DNA of 64,000 nucleotides from Candidatus Babelota bacterium (GTDB lineage Bacteria; Babelota; Babeliae; Babelales; CAIQNR01): NCBI GenBank assembly GCA_965658655.1, contig CBFHTA010000002.1, positions 64,001 to 128,000 of the forward strand, read 5' to 3'. Shown piece by piece: positions 9,723 to 19,005 of this stretch (position 1 is its first letter; each line of letters starts with the position of its first letter). The notes under the pieces were generated by a model. It saw only the letters and a program-made list of their open reading frames with translations, ran no database searches and was not told where the DNA came from. The position numbers and the translations under genes were made by a program.

Positions 9723-11159
9723 ATGAAAAATTTAAAGCTTACAGTATTGTTTTTAGGATTGTCTTTGACTGGCTCAATTTGTTCAATGGATGGAGATATT
9801 GATACTATTGAAGGTCATCAATCTGTAGGAGATGAATTAAGTCCTGATAATGGTTTTGATACTCTTAAAGGTATGGAGCGTACAGGCGCTGGTACAGCTT
9901 CAGAGCCATCGGTAAGCGATCAAGATGACTGGGAGACCGCAAGTAACGATGTTGAGAGTAGACCATCCACTCCAGACAATATGATTGGGCAAAGTGGAGG
10001 TGCAAGTGACATTGGTGTAAGTTCTTTTGCTCCAAATGTTCAAGAAATGGATACTCACGAAGCGGACGTAGGATTAGATCTTAACAGCAGTCAAAAAAGC
10101 AACGATTTTTCTGATAGCGATGAAGTTGATTGGGAAAATGCTGTATTGCGTTCTACCGCTGATCGTACGGCTCGATTGCCTGAAGAGGAAAGAATACGTA
10201 CAGACCTCTTTGGTAATAGGGTAGACAGAGAAGGTAATCTCCTTAGTTCCAGAGATAGAGCGTTAGATTCTGGTTCCGGTTATATGGATGTAGCTCCTGA
10301 TGAGGATGGTAATGTTTCTGAGCCAAATGAATTTCGTATGGGTGATGACGAAGCAGATGCATCAAGTGATACAGAATTTGATGGAACACTTGATCAGATT
10401 AAAGAGCTTGGTGTTTCTAAGTCTGCCGACGAAAAAGGAAAGTTTACGATTAACCGTTTAGATGATCTTCTTCAAAATGAAGACCTTACTCCAGAACAAC
10501 GAGCACGAGTAGTCAAAATGTTAGATGATTACGAGCGTTACGTACGTGAGCGATCAAAAAATTGGTTCAGTAGAAGGATGAGTCGGTTAGAAGGTAACGA
10601 GTTTTATGATTACCAAAATGGACTTACTAAAGAACAGTTAAGAGATTTAAAGAAAAATAGAAACGGTAAAATGAGGGATGCGGTTTCTCTTTCAAAAATT
10701 ATAAGCGCCAAAGAAGGGTTAACCTCTGATGACCACTTAGGTCTTGCAACTCGAGTTGGTGGTGTTAACTTCTCAGATGGTTACGATCACTTACAAACCG
10801 CTTATGAGAAAGCTACAGATCCAACACAAGCAGGAAAAGTGCTTCAGTATCAAGATGATTATAAGCAATATTTAAATGATATAAGAAAACAAGAAAAAAC
10901 AGGCAACCGCATTAATACGCAACAAGCTTTGGATACAGGAAATAGATTTCATATTCAACATCTTAAAGATGCTGGATACGATACAACTGGAGCGCAAATA
11001 AAAGATGATCCAAGCCAACTTGCTCTTAGTTCTGAATCTGATATAGAAAATCAAGATGCACGACATAAACAGAATTTGGGGCAGTATTATTATGGTGGTA
11101 AAAGCGCACAACGCATTTTAGATAACTATAACGTGAGTGATGCGCGGAGTCTTGAATAA
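9723..11159 (+). CDS. Exported acidic, largely disordered protein, candidate effector
   Basis: Signal peptide MKNLKLTVLFLGLSLTGSICS; D/E/S-rich; contains GYMDVAP. Confidence 0.8.
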   Translation: MKNLKLTVLFLGLSLTGSICSMDGDIDTIEGHQSVGDELSPDNGFDTLKGMERTGAGTASEPSVSDQDDWETASNDVESRPSTPDNMIGQSGGASDIGVSSFAPNVQEMDTHEADVGLDLNSSQKSNDFSDSDEVDWENAVLRSTADRTARLPEEERIRTDLFGNRVDREGNLLSSRDRALDSGSGYMDVAPDEDGNVSEPNEFRMGDDEADASSDTEFDGTLDQIKELGVSKSADEKGKFTINRLDDLLQNEDLTPEQRARVVKMLDDYERYVRERSKNWFSRRMSRLEGNEFYDYQNGLTKEQLRDLKKNRNGKMRDAVSLSKIISAKEGLTSDDHLGLATRVGGVNFSDGYDHLQTAYEKATDPTQAGKVLQYQDDYKQYLNDIRKQEKTGNRINTQQALDTGNRFHIQHLKDAGYDTTGAQIKDDPSQLALSSESDIENQDARHKQNLGQYYYGGKSAQRILDNYNVSDARSLE

Positions 11160-11258
11160 AGATTCAGATCAATAAAAAATGGAAGTAAAGGTTCTATTTA
11201 CTGAGAGCGAGTAAAAATCTTGGTGGTGGACGAATGAATAGAGAGTGGAGGTTTAGTT

Positions 11259-11990
11259 ATGAAGAAACGTATAGTCATAGGTTTACTATTTGTTGGTGCC
11301 GCGTATGGTGCGTATACAGATAATGGAAAATTAACGCACGAGGAATGGCCTTCTAGTAATCCGAACTATTTGAATGCTATTCCAGGAGAACGAAGTTCAG
11401 AACAAAGAAGAAAAGATTTATTGAGGTCTCATAAATTAGATGAACAAGTACCAAGAGCAACAATTTTGGATGCTTCTTCTCGAAGAAACGCTCCTAATTA
11501 TTTGAATGCTGCCCCAGCATTGAATAGTTCGCATAATACATTTCTTCCACCTTCTTCTGAGCCAACTCATGAAAGTTTAAAGGATATTCAAGAACGATTA
11601 GGTGGTACATCTTTTCAAGTTCCTCCTCCCTTACCCCCAAGAAGAAGTAAGAAGCCGGTAGCTAGCAAAGCTAAGCCTTCTCCAGATTATCTTAAACCTG
11701 ATGCTGTTGTGACTCAGCACAACGCTTTAGGGTTGGGCGATGAGGATGATTTTGGAACTGTTGTTACTAGATCTGGAAGAGCTGTGGTACAAGATGCTCC
11801 AGCCCCGCCCCCAAGACGAAGTAAGAAGCCGGTAGTTAAAAAATCTAAGCCTTCTCCTGATTATCTTGAACCTCACAACGCTTTAAACTCGGACGATGAA
11901 GATGATTTTGGAACTGTTGTTACTAGAGATGGAAGAGCTGTGGTACAAGATGCAGATGACTTTTTTGCAGGTTTTGAATCTGAACTTTAA
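11259..11990 (+). CDS. Exported proline-rich protein with duplicated SH3/SH2-ligand-like motifs
   Basis: GGAGG RBS; signal peptide; PNYLNA x2, PxxPxRR x2, PDYLxP x2, EDDFGTVVTR x2. Confidence 0.85.
   Translation: MKKRIVIGLLFVGAAYGAYTDNGKLTHEEWPSSNPNYLNAIPGERSSEQRRKDLLRSHKLDEQVPRATILDASSRRNAPNYLNAAPALNSSHNTFLPPSSEPTHESLKDIQERLGGTSFQVPPPLPPRRSKKPVASKAKPSPDYLKPDAVVTQHNALGLGDEDDFGTVVTRSGRAVVQDAPAPPPRRSKKPVVKKSKPSPDYLEPHNALNSDDEDDFGTVVTRDGRAVVQDADDFFAGFESEL
11622..11954 (+). repeat. Internal duplication of about 55 codons (approx. 11622-11798 and 11799-11954)
   Basis: PPRRSKKPV...KPSPDYL.P...HNAL...DEDDFGTVVTR.GRAVVQDA occurs twice with near-identical DNA. Confidence 0.9.
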
Positions 11991-11992
11991 TT

Positions 11993-12048
11993 TTTTTAGA
12001 CTATAAAGAAAGCCGGCATAAAAACCGGCTTTCTTTATAGTCTAAAAA
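11993..12048. terminator. Bidirectional terminator with a 24-bp perfect stem
   Basis: tttttagactataaagaaagccgg-N8-ccggctttctttatagtctaaaaa between convergent genes. Confidence 0.85.
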
Positions 12049-12060
12049 CGAAAAGAAAAA

Positions 12061-13971
12061 CTATTCGTTGATCTCTGCGTCAATTGTATCATCTTTTTTC
12101 TCAGATGATTCAGAAGAACCAGCATCAGCCGCGCCATCTTTACCAGCGGTAGCAGATTCTGCTTGTTTTTCTTTGTAAAGTTGTTCAGCAATTTTTTGCG
12201 AAGCAGTCATGAGTTCGTTAGTTGCTTTCTCTAACTCTTCTGCATTTTCTGCGTGTGTTTTTAACGCTTCTTTTGCAGTGTCTAGAGCAGCTTTTACTTT
12301 ATCAACTTCAGCTGCATCAACTTTGTCTTTTTGTTCGGTAATCATGCGTTCAACATCGCCAATCATACCGTCTAGCTTGTTGCGTTTTTCAACAACATCT
12401 TTTTTGTTTTTATCTTCAGCTGCATGTTCTTCTGCATCTTTTACCATTTTGTTAATGTCTTCTTCAGACAAACCACTGCTGCTGGTAATGGTAATGTGTT
12501 GCTCTTTTCCAGTACCTTTGTCTTTTGCCGAAACGTTAACAATACCGTTTGCATCAATATCAAAAGTAACTTCGATTTGAGGAACACCTCTACGTGCAGG
12601 TGGAATGTTGTCTAATTTAAATTGACCAAGCAACTTGTTGTCGCGTGCCATTGGACGCTCACCTTGGAATACCACGATGTCTACAGCTGGTTGGTTGTCT
12701 TCTGCAGTTGAAAACACTTGTGATTTTTTTGCAGGAATGGTTGTGTTACGTTCAATCAATTTAGTAAATACACCACCCATGGTTTCAATACCAAGAGACA
12801 ACGGTGTAACGTCTAGAAGAAGAACGTCTGTAACGTCACCACCAAGAACACCACCTTGTAAACCAGCACCCAAAGATACCACTTCATCAGGATTTACAGA
12901 TTTGCTTGGTTCTTTACCAAAGAAGTCTTTTACTAGTTCTTGTACCTTTGCAATACGTGTTGAACCACCAACGAGAATAACTTCGGTAATGTCACTTTTA
13001 GAAACATCTGCATCGGCCATTGCTTTTTTGCATGGTTCTAACAAACGATTAAATAAATCTGCACAAAGTGATTCCATTTTTGCACGAGACAACTTAATGG
13101 TTAAATGTTTAGGTCCGCTAGCATCGGCAGTAATGTAAGGTAAGTTGATTTCTGTTTCTGGTAGAGTAGAAAGCTCACACTTAGCTTTTTCAGCAGCTTC
13201 TCTTAAACGTTGCAAAGCCATCTTGTCTTGTTTTAAGTCAACGCCTTGTTCACTTTTAAATGTGTCTACTAAGTAGTCGATAATGCGTTGGTCAATATCG
13301 TCACCACCCAAGTGAGTGTCTCCATTGGTTGCTTTAACTTCAATAACACCATCACTAATATCAAGAATAGAAACGTCGAATGTACCACCACCAAAATCGA
13401 ATACTGCAATAGTTCCAGATTTCTTTTTATCTTGGCCATATGCAAGTGCCGCAGCTGTTGGTTCGTTAATAATACGTTTAACTTCTAAGCCTGCAATTTT
13501 ACCAGCATCTTTTGTTGCTTGTCTTTGTTGGTCGTTAAAGTATGCAGGAACAGTAATAACTGCTTCTGAAACAGGAGAACCAATGTAATCTTCTGCAACT
13601 TGTTTTAAGTGAGCAAGAATACCAGCAGATATTTCTTGTGGTGCATACTCTTTGTCTCGAGCTACAATGTTAACGCCGCCGTTTGGAGCTTTAACAATTT
13701 TGTAAGACAAATTTTCTGATTCGTTTTTCACTTCTTCAAAGGTGTGTCCAATGAAACGTTTTGCAGAAGCAATAGTATTTTCTGGATTTGTTACAGCTTG
13801 GCGCTTTGCAACAACACCAACTAAACGATTATTGTCTTTGTCGAATGCTACAATAGAAGGAGTTGTGTTGTTACCTTCTTTGTTAGGAATAACTTTTGGA
13901 GAGCCACCCTCCATGAAAGAAACAACTGAGTTTGTTGTTCCAAGATCGATTCCAATGATTTTTTTTGACAT
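12061..13971 (-). CDS. dnaK: Chaperone DnaK (Hsp70)
   Basis: [43 protein letters not shown]. Confidence 0.99.
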   Translation of the reverse strand: MSKKIIGIDLGTTNSVVSFMEGGSPKVIPNKEGNNTTPSIVAFDKDNNRLVGVVAKRQAVTNPENTIASAKRFIGHTFEEVKNESENLSYKIVKAPNGGVNIVARDKEYAPQEISAGILAHLKQVAEDYIGSPVSEAVITVPAYFNDQQRQATKDAGKIAGLEVKRIINEPTAAALAYGQDKKKSGTIAVFDFGGGTFDVSILDISDGVIEVKATNGDTHLGGDDIDQRIIDYLVDTFKSEQGVDLKQDKMALQRLREAAEKAKCELSTLPETEINLPYITADASGPKHLTIKLSRAKMESLCADLFNRLLEPCKKAMADADVSKSDITEVILVGGSTRIAKVQELVKDFFGKEPSKSVNPDEVVSLGAGLQGGVLGGDVTDVLLLDVTPLSLGIETMGGVFTKLIERNTTIPAKKSQVFSTAEDNQPAVDIVVFQGERPMARDNKLLGQFKLDNIPPARRGVPQIEVTFDIDANGIVNVSAKDKGTGKEQHITITSSSGLSEEDINKMVKDAEEHAAEDKNKKDVVEKRNKLDGMIGDVERMITEQKDKVDAAEVDKVKAALDTAKEALKTHAENAEELEKATNELMTASQKIAEQLYKEKQAESATAGKDGAADAGSSESSEKKDDTIDAEINE

Positions 13972-14038
13972 ACTTTGACCCCTGTTTTAAATAAGTGTTT
14001 ATTTTCATTAGGTAAGCTTAATCTTAAGCTTGCCACAC

Positions 14039-14077
14039 AGTGTACAGCTCATAAAATCTTAGTCAAGTTTACTAATA
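14039..14077 (-). promoter_or_regulatory. dnaK sigma70-type promoter overlapped by a HAIR-like HspR operator
   Basis: Minus-strand TTGACT(14066-14061)-N16-TACACT; inverted repeat TTAGT-N7-ACTAA at 14059-14075. Confidence 0.6.
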
Positions 14078-14233
14078 TTTTTTTATGGTCCAATGTAGGT
14101 GAGTGAGCTTGAGTCATTCTGTAATAAGCTCCAGGAAGGCAAACTCTTGTTTTTGAGGTTGTAAAACTGTTAAGCTTAAAGCTCGCTTAATTAAAGTGTG
14201 AAAATTGAAAAAGAAAACCCGGGGGGGAGTAAA

Positions 14234-15628
14234 ATGAAGTTAAAAAATATTCTATTAATTACCTTGTTGTTCGGTAGCGCAACGCTTGTGCACCAGGTTC
14301 AGGCAGCAGAAGATGTTGCAGCTATTGATGATGGAGAGACAGGAGAATCATCATTGAGTGGAGATACAGATGACGACGGTAACAGGGTATTAGATGATGA
14401 AACTTATGATGAACGGTATGGCGAAGAGGGTAAATCGTGGCATCAAAGATCAGCTCGTCAGAACTTTAATCGTGTAAAGAATTTCTTTAGTGGCACAAGA
14501 GATGTAAGAGCTAGTAAAGCAAACTTTAGCAGTTCTAGTCCGGAAGCATCATCTATTGGTACTGGTGGAGTGAACGCAAGTTCACAAGAACAGAGTATAC
14601 GTATTACGGCAGATAGAGGGCTTACATTGCAATCTAGAGATAACAGAGACAATCAATTGGTGCAAAACGCAAGTAATAAAGCCCAAGTTTTAAGAAATGT
14701 TTTTCAGAATGGAGATTCAATTGATTTAGGTAAAGACAGCAATAGTAGCTTTAGTTATGCAACTGCTGATAGCGATAGTCTTGGCAACGTAAAGGTTGGC
14801 TATTATGATGGAGAAGGAAATTTGCAAACAGAAAGTCTTGATCAAGGTAAAGCTCAAAGACTTATAAACGGTAAAAATTCAGAAAATGCAGTTGATACTT
14901 GGAGAAGAGCAGGAGAAAAACTAGGGCAATCGTCGGATCAGGAAGGTGATCCATTAAGTGCTCTGAGGGGGAGTATTGATCCTGATGGTGCGAGTGCAGA
15001 TGAAATTTTAAATGACCCTGGAATTAATAGAATTTCTGCAAGAAATGCAGCTGATACTTCGATAAGATCAGGAGCAAGGGCGGGTGATTTTGATGAAAAT
15101 GGAAATTTGCTTGATGGAAATGGAGATCCTGTTTTTGGTGATCCTGATGATAGCAATAGCAGAGTAAATCTTAACGGTCAAGATACTAGAGCAGTTGAAA
15201 TTCGTAAAAGTAGATCTGGATCAGGTTATACGGTAGATACTGATCTGGGACTATCTAAACGATTCACATCTGAGGAAGATGCTCGAAATTGGGTTCGCGG
15301 CGGTGGAGATCCTGTTTATGATTATTCTGACAGTCCTACTGACTCTGGTAATGAAGAGTATGATAATTCTATTATGGATTCACCATCACTCTCCTCCAGT
15401 GAGCAGCCATCTCGTCTTGACTCTGGAGCGCAGGATCTTGAAATGGATGATCCTGATGACTCTTATCCTGCACTTCCAAAAATATTAGATGCGCGTACTG
15501 GGGAAGAAGTGGACCCTGCAGATCCTAGAGCTTGGGGCACAGGTATGCGAATTGAAAAAGATAATAATTTAGCTAATCCACAAGGTTCTAGTTATACCGA
15601 TTCTCTTTCTGATGGTAGTTTTTATTGA
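14234..15628 (+). CDS. Exported acidic D/S/G-rich protein, candidate effector
   Basis: GGAG RBS; signal peptide MKLKNILLITLLFGSATLVHQVQA; repeated DxxGN loops and Tyr in acidic context. Confidence 0.8.
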   Translation: MKLKNILLITLLFGSATLVHQVQAAEDVAAIDDGETGESSLSGDTDDDGNRVLDDETYDERYGEEGKSWHQRSARQNFNRVKNFFSGTRDVRASKANFSSSSPEASSIGTGGVNASSQEQSIRITADRGLTLQSRDNRDNQLVQNASNKAQVLRNVFQNGDSIDLGKDSNSSFSYATADSDSLGNVKVGYYDGEGNLQTESLDQGKAQRLINGKNSENAVDTWRRAGEKLGQSSDQEGDPLSALRGSIDPDGASADEILNDPGINRISARNAADTSIRSGARAGDFDENGNLLDGNGDPVFGDPDDSNSRVNLNGQDTRAVEIRKSRSGSGYTVDTDLGLSKRFTSEEDARNWVRGGGDPVYDYSDSPTDSGNEEYDNSIMDSPSLSSSEQPSRLDSGAQDLEMDDPDDSYPALPKILDARTGEEVDPADPRAWGTGMRIEKDNNLANPQGSSYTDSLSDGSFY

Positions 15629-15668
15629 TAGAACTTTGGGAATTAATATCGCTAGGAACTAAAGTAAT

Positions 15669-15700
15669 AAAAAAGCCGACAGTTAACTGCCGGCTTTTTT
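15669..15700. terminator. Bidirectional intrinsic terminator
   Basis: aaaaaagccg-acagttaactgc-cggctttttt. Confidence 0.8.
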
Positions 15701-15716
15701 AATTTGTAATAATTAC

Positions 15717-17522
15717 TTATTTCTTTTTACGTTCGTTAGCTTTTAAATATTTTTTACGTAAACGAATAGTAGTTGGAGTAACTTCAATAAGTTCGTCTGG
15801 ACGGATCCACTCCATGCACATTTCTAGTGTCATTAAACGCGGAGTTTTTAGTTTTACAGAGTCGTCACTACCGGATGCACGCATGTTAGTAAGTTTTTTA
15901 CCTTTACATGGATTAACATCTAAGCAGTTGTCTCGTGAATGTTCACCAATGATCATACCTTCGTATACTTCGGTGTCGGCATTAACTAAAAGTTCTCCAC
16001 GAGCTTGTAAAGAATCGAGTGCGTATGCAGTTGTTTTTCCACGTTCCATAGAAATAAGTGAACCTTTAATACGAGTTGGAATGTCACCTTTGTAAGGTTC
16101 ATAGCCACTGAATGTTGAGTTCATGATTCCGGTACCACGAGTATCTGTTAAGAATTGACCACGGAAACCAAGAAGTCCACGCGCAGGAACTTTGAACTCC
16201 ATACGTACACGGCCACCACCAAGTTGAGACAAGTTAACCATGTCACCTTTACGGGTTCCCAAGTGTTGAATAACAGAACCTTGGTATTCTTCGTTAACAT
16301 CGATAGTTACAAATTCAATAGGTTCGCATTTTTTGCCATCGATTGTTTTGTAAATAACTTCTGGTGCAGAAACTTGAAGTTCAAAACCTTCACGACGCAT
16401 GTTTTCGATCAAGATACCCAAATGTAGTTGACCGCGGCCAGATACTTTGAATGAACTTGGTACATCGGTTGGTTCAACGCGCAAAGCAACATTGGTTTTT
16501 AATTCTTTTTCTAAGCGTTCTTTAATAACACGAGAAGATAACAATTTTCCGTCTTGGCCATTAAATGGTGAATCGTTCACGGACAAGTATACAGATAATG
16601 TTGGTTCATCAATTGCCACGTAGTCACATGGAATTGGGTTGTCTGGAGAACAGAGGGTAGAACCAATTTCTATTTCTTCACAACCAGCAAGGGCAACAAT
16701 ATCACCAAATTCAACGCTCTCTGTCTCGTATTTAGATAAACCGTGGAACTTATAGAGCTTGGTCACTTTCATTGGTTTGCTGACAACCTCGTTGTAACAG
16801 TAGACAAAAGTGTCACCAACGTTGAGCTTACCGCTCAACATTCTACCAACGGCAATGGTTCCCAAGAAGTCTGAGTGTTCAATATTGGTTACCAACATTT
16901 GAAGACCGTCTTCTTTTTCTGCTGGTGCAGGAACGTTGTCTAGAATTGCTTTGAATAATGGGTCCATAGAATCAGACTCGTCATTCATATCTGTCTTTGC
17001 AAAACCAAGCTTAGAAGAGCCATAGAGTACAGGGAAGTCAAGTTGATCGTCTGTAACTGCAAGGTCTAAGAAAAGATCTTGAATTAATGTTTCTGTTGCT
17101 TCTATTTGTGCGTCTTGTCTGTCGATCTTATTAATAAGAACAATTGGTTTTAAATTAAGCGCTAATGCTTTTTGTAGTACAAAACGGGTACCAGGGAGTA
17201 CACCTTCTGCTGCGTCAACCAAGAGCAAGAAGCCTTCGACCATTTGAAGAGTTCGTTCAACTTCTCCACCAAAGTCGGCGTGACCAGGAGTGTCTACAAT
17301 GTTAATTTGATAATCTTTATAATTGATACCGGTATTTTTAGCCAAAATAGTAATACCACGTTCTCTCTCGATGTCATTCGAGTCCATAACACGGTCAGTT
17401 ACTTTAGACTGATCTAGCGTGCCAGATTGCTGTAAAAGCTTATCTACGAGGGTTGTTTTACCATGGTCAACATGGGCAATGATAGCGATATTTCTTAGAT
17501 TGGAACGAACTTTTTTGGTCAC
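15717..17522 (-). CDS. typA: Translational GTPase TypA/BipA
   Basis: RNIAIIAHVDHGKTTLVD, ERERGITILAK, DTPGHADFGGEVER, KKLTNMRASGSD. Confidence 0.98.
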   Translation of the reverse strand: MTKKVRSNLRNIAIIAHVDHGKTTLVDKLLQQSGTLDQSKVTDRVMDSNDIERERGITILAKNTGINYKDYQINIVDTPGHADFGGEVERTLQMVEGFLLLVDAAEGVLPGTRFVLQKALALNLKPIVLINKIDRQDAQIEATETLIQDLFLDLAVTDDQLDFPVLYGSSKLGFAKTDMNDESDSMDPLFKAILDNVPAPAEKEDGLQMLVTNIEHSDFLGTIAVGRMLSGKLNVGDTFVYCYNEVVSKPMKVTKLYKFHGLSKYETESVEFGDIVALAGCEEIEIGSTLCSPDNPIPCDYVAIDEPTLSVYLSVNDSPFNGQDGKLLSSRVIKERLEKELKTNVALRVEPTDVPSSFKVSGRGQLHLGILIENMRREGFELQVSAPEVIYKTIDGKKCEPIEFVTIDVNEEYQGSVIQHLGTRKGDMVNLSQLGGGRVRMEFKVPARGLLGFRGQFLTDTRGTGIMNSTFSGYEPYKGDIPTRIKGSLISMERGKTTAYALDSLQARGELLVNADTEVYEGMIIGEHSRDNCLDVNPCKGKKLTNMRASGSDDSVKLKTPRLMTLEMCMEWIRPDELIEVTPTTIRLRKKYLKANERKKK

Positions 17523-19005
17523 CGTAGTCCCTTAATTAGTACTTATAGAGATATATTTTTTCCGATTATATGAGTCTAGTATACTAACATTTTATTATAA
17601 AGAGAACTACAGGGTTAGTTAATCGAGGGGGACTCTGCTCTTTTTAGCTTGATTTACCCACTATAAGCTTTCTGTGAGAATATTGACCTTTATATGTACC
17701 GTTACTTTCAAGGGGGTAATTATGGTTCTCCGTCAAAGATTTAAGCTTTTGTTGACGTTGCGACCGACTTGTGGCCCGCATCGAGACAAATGTGTCGTAT
17801 AATGCTCAATGTATGGTCAACTTTTTATCGCCAGCGTACCCGAAAAATATTGAACTTTTATTAAAAGGGAGCACTTCACGCCATCACCACCGCTTTGGGA
17901 GCCTTTCATTGGCGGAAGACCTTTTACCCGGCCCTGCCAACCCCGCAGACGGGCGATTCCGCACTCCATCCGCGCCTTCCCCCCTATATGCCTACGGGGG
18001 AAAACTACGAGGGGGGAAGGCTTGATTACGTTTTATTCTTTATAAGGATTTTTAATCTTATTTATTCCTCCCCTTTTTATTATAAGGAGAAAACAAGGAG
18101 TAAAAGGAATGAGAGGAATAAAAGTAATAGCAAACGCTACCTCATAACAAAGTGATTATTATAAAAAATAAGAAAAATGTGATTATTGTCTCCATGATGC
18201 ACTTAACAAGATGCAGTTAAGTAGTTAAAAGGACTAGGGGACTAAGGGAATAAAGGACTAGAGGAAACCAATAGAAAACGTAACGTAAGGAAATTTATAA
18301 GAAAACAAGCACTCCGAAGAACAAGACGAAAGAAAAAAGAAAAGAAGACAAAGACTTAATGAAAAAAGAGGAAGAAGGAGAAGAAAAGGTCTTATCTTTA
18401 ATTGTCTTTATACCCCTTACCTACGTAACCCTTATAACCATATACACCTACACCCGAACACCTTACTAACCGAGATCCATACTCATCACCCACCCGAGTA
18501 CTCATGTATACGCATACTAACCAATCGAACGTAGATGGATCACCTACACACGTATAACCAATAGTACGTTCTTCCTTATCTTCTCATGCGCGAATAGTTG
18601 TTTCTTATTACTTCTGTTAATGAATTCAAAATCATAAAATGGATATACGCGGCGCCTCTTTCTTGGATGAGTTATTTTGTAGGCATTTGTTGTATATATC
18701 TTTCTTCTTTATCAACATATATACACAGAGAAAAAGAGAGGGCATTTCTCTGACTTATATATGTTCTGCTTTGTTACTTGCTACACCACGACTTTACATC
18801 TGTGTGTCGCTATTGTTTTGCGCTCTCTGAAGGGCTCCGCTTCTATGTGTGTAATGAATGTTAATATATTTATTGTTTTGTTACATATAAGATGTAGGTC
18901 TTTGTTCTAGGGGGTTTCTATCGTGCAGCTTATTTCTATGTTGACCACTCAAGTGAAAACATGCCAAAGTGAAGATTGGTGTATCTTTATATATAAGGAG
19001 AGAGA
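17523..19005. other. About 1.5-kb non-coding region with abrupt compositional blocks and several inverted repeats
   Basis: No credible ORF; GC-rich, A/G-rich, A/C-rich and T-rich blocks in series; 12-bp IR at 17974-18021. Confidence 0.7.
18934..19005 (+). promoter_or_regulatory. Promoter/RBS cassette, copy 1 (others at 20376-20454 and 21934-22012)
   Basis: TTCTAT.TTGAC-N-...-AAACATG.CA(A/G)AGTGAAGA...TAAGGAGAGA conserved before all three beta-propeller genes; 18-bp spacer with TGn-extended -10. Confidence 0.75.

Noticed and set aside
11993..12048. 24-bp perfect IR as a transposon end or MITE
   Set aside because: Single copy in the window, sits between convergent stops, and no target duplication is visible; a terminator explains it
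12209..13978. Plus-strand ORFs inside dnaK (and similar ones inside typA, ychF, recA, dnaN, ileS)
   Set aside because: Antisense or off-frame shadows of conserved genes
14108..14128. Second HAIR box CTTGAGT-N7-TAATAAG
   Set aside because: The left half is perfect but the right half matches only 3/7; at most an accessory site
17523..19005. Replication origin, or protein genes (ORFs 17771, 17895, 18639)
   Set aside because: No DnaA boxes seen, the plus strand looks G/T-biased on both sides, and the ORFs lack RBSs and protein-like composition
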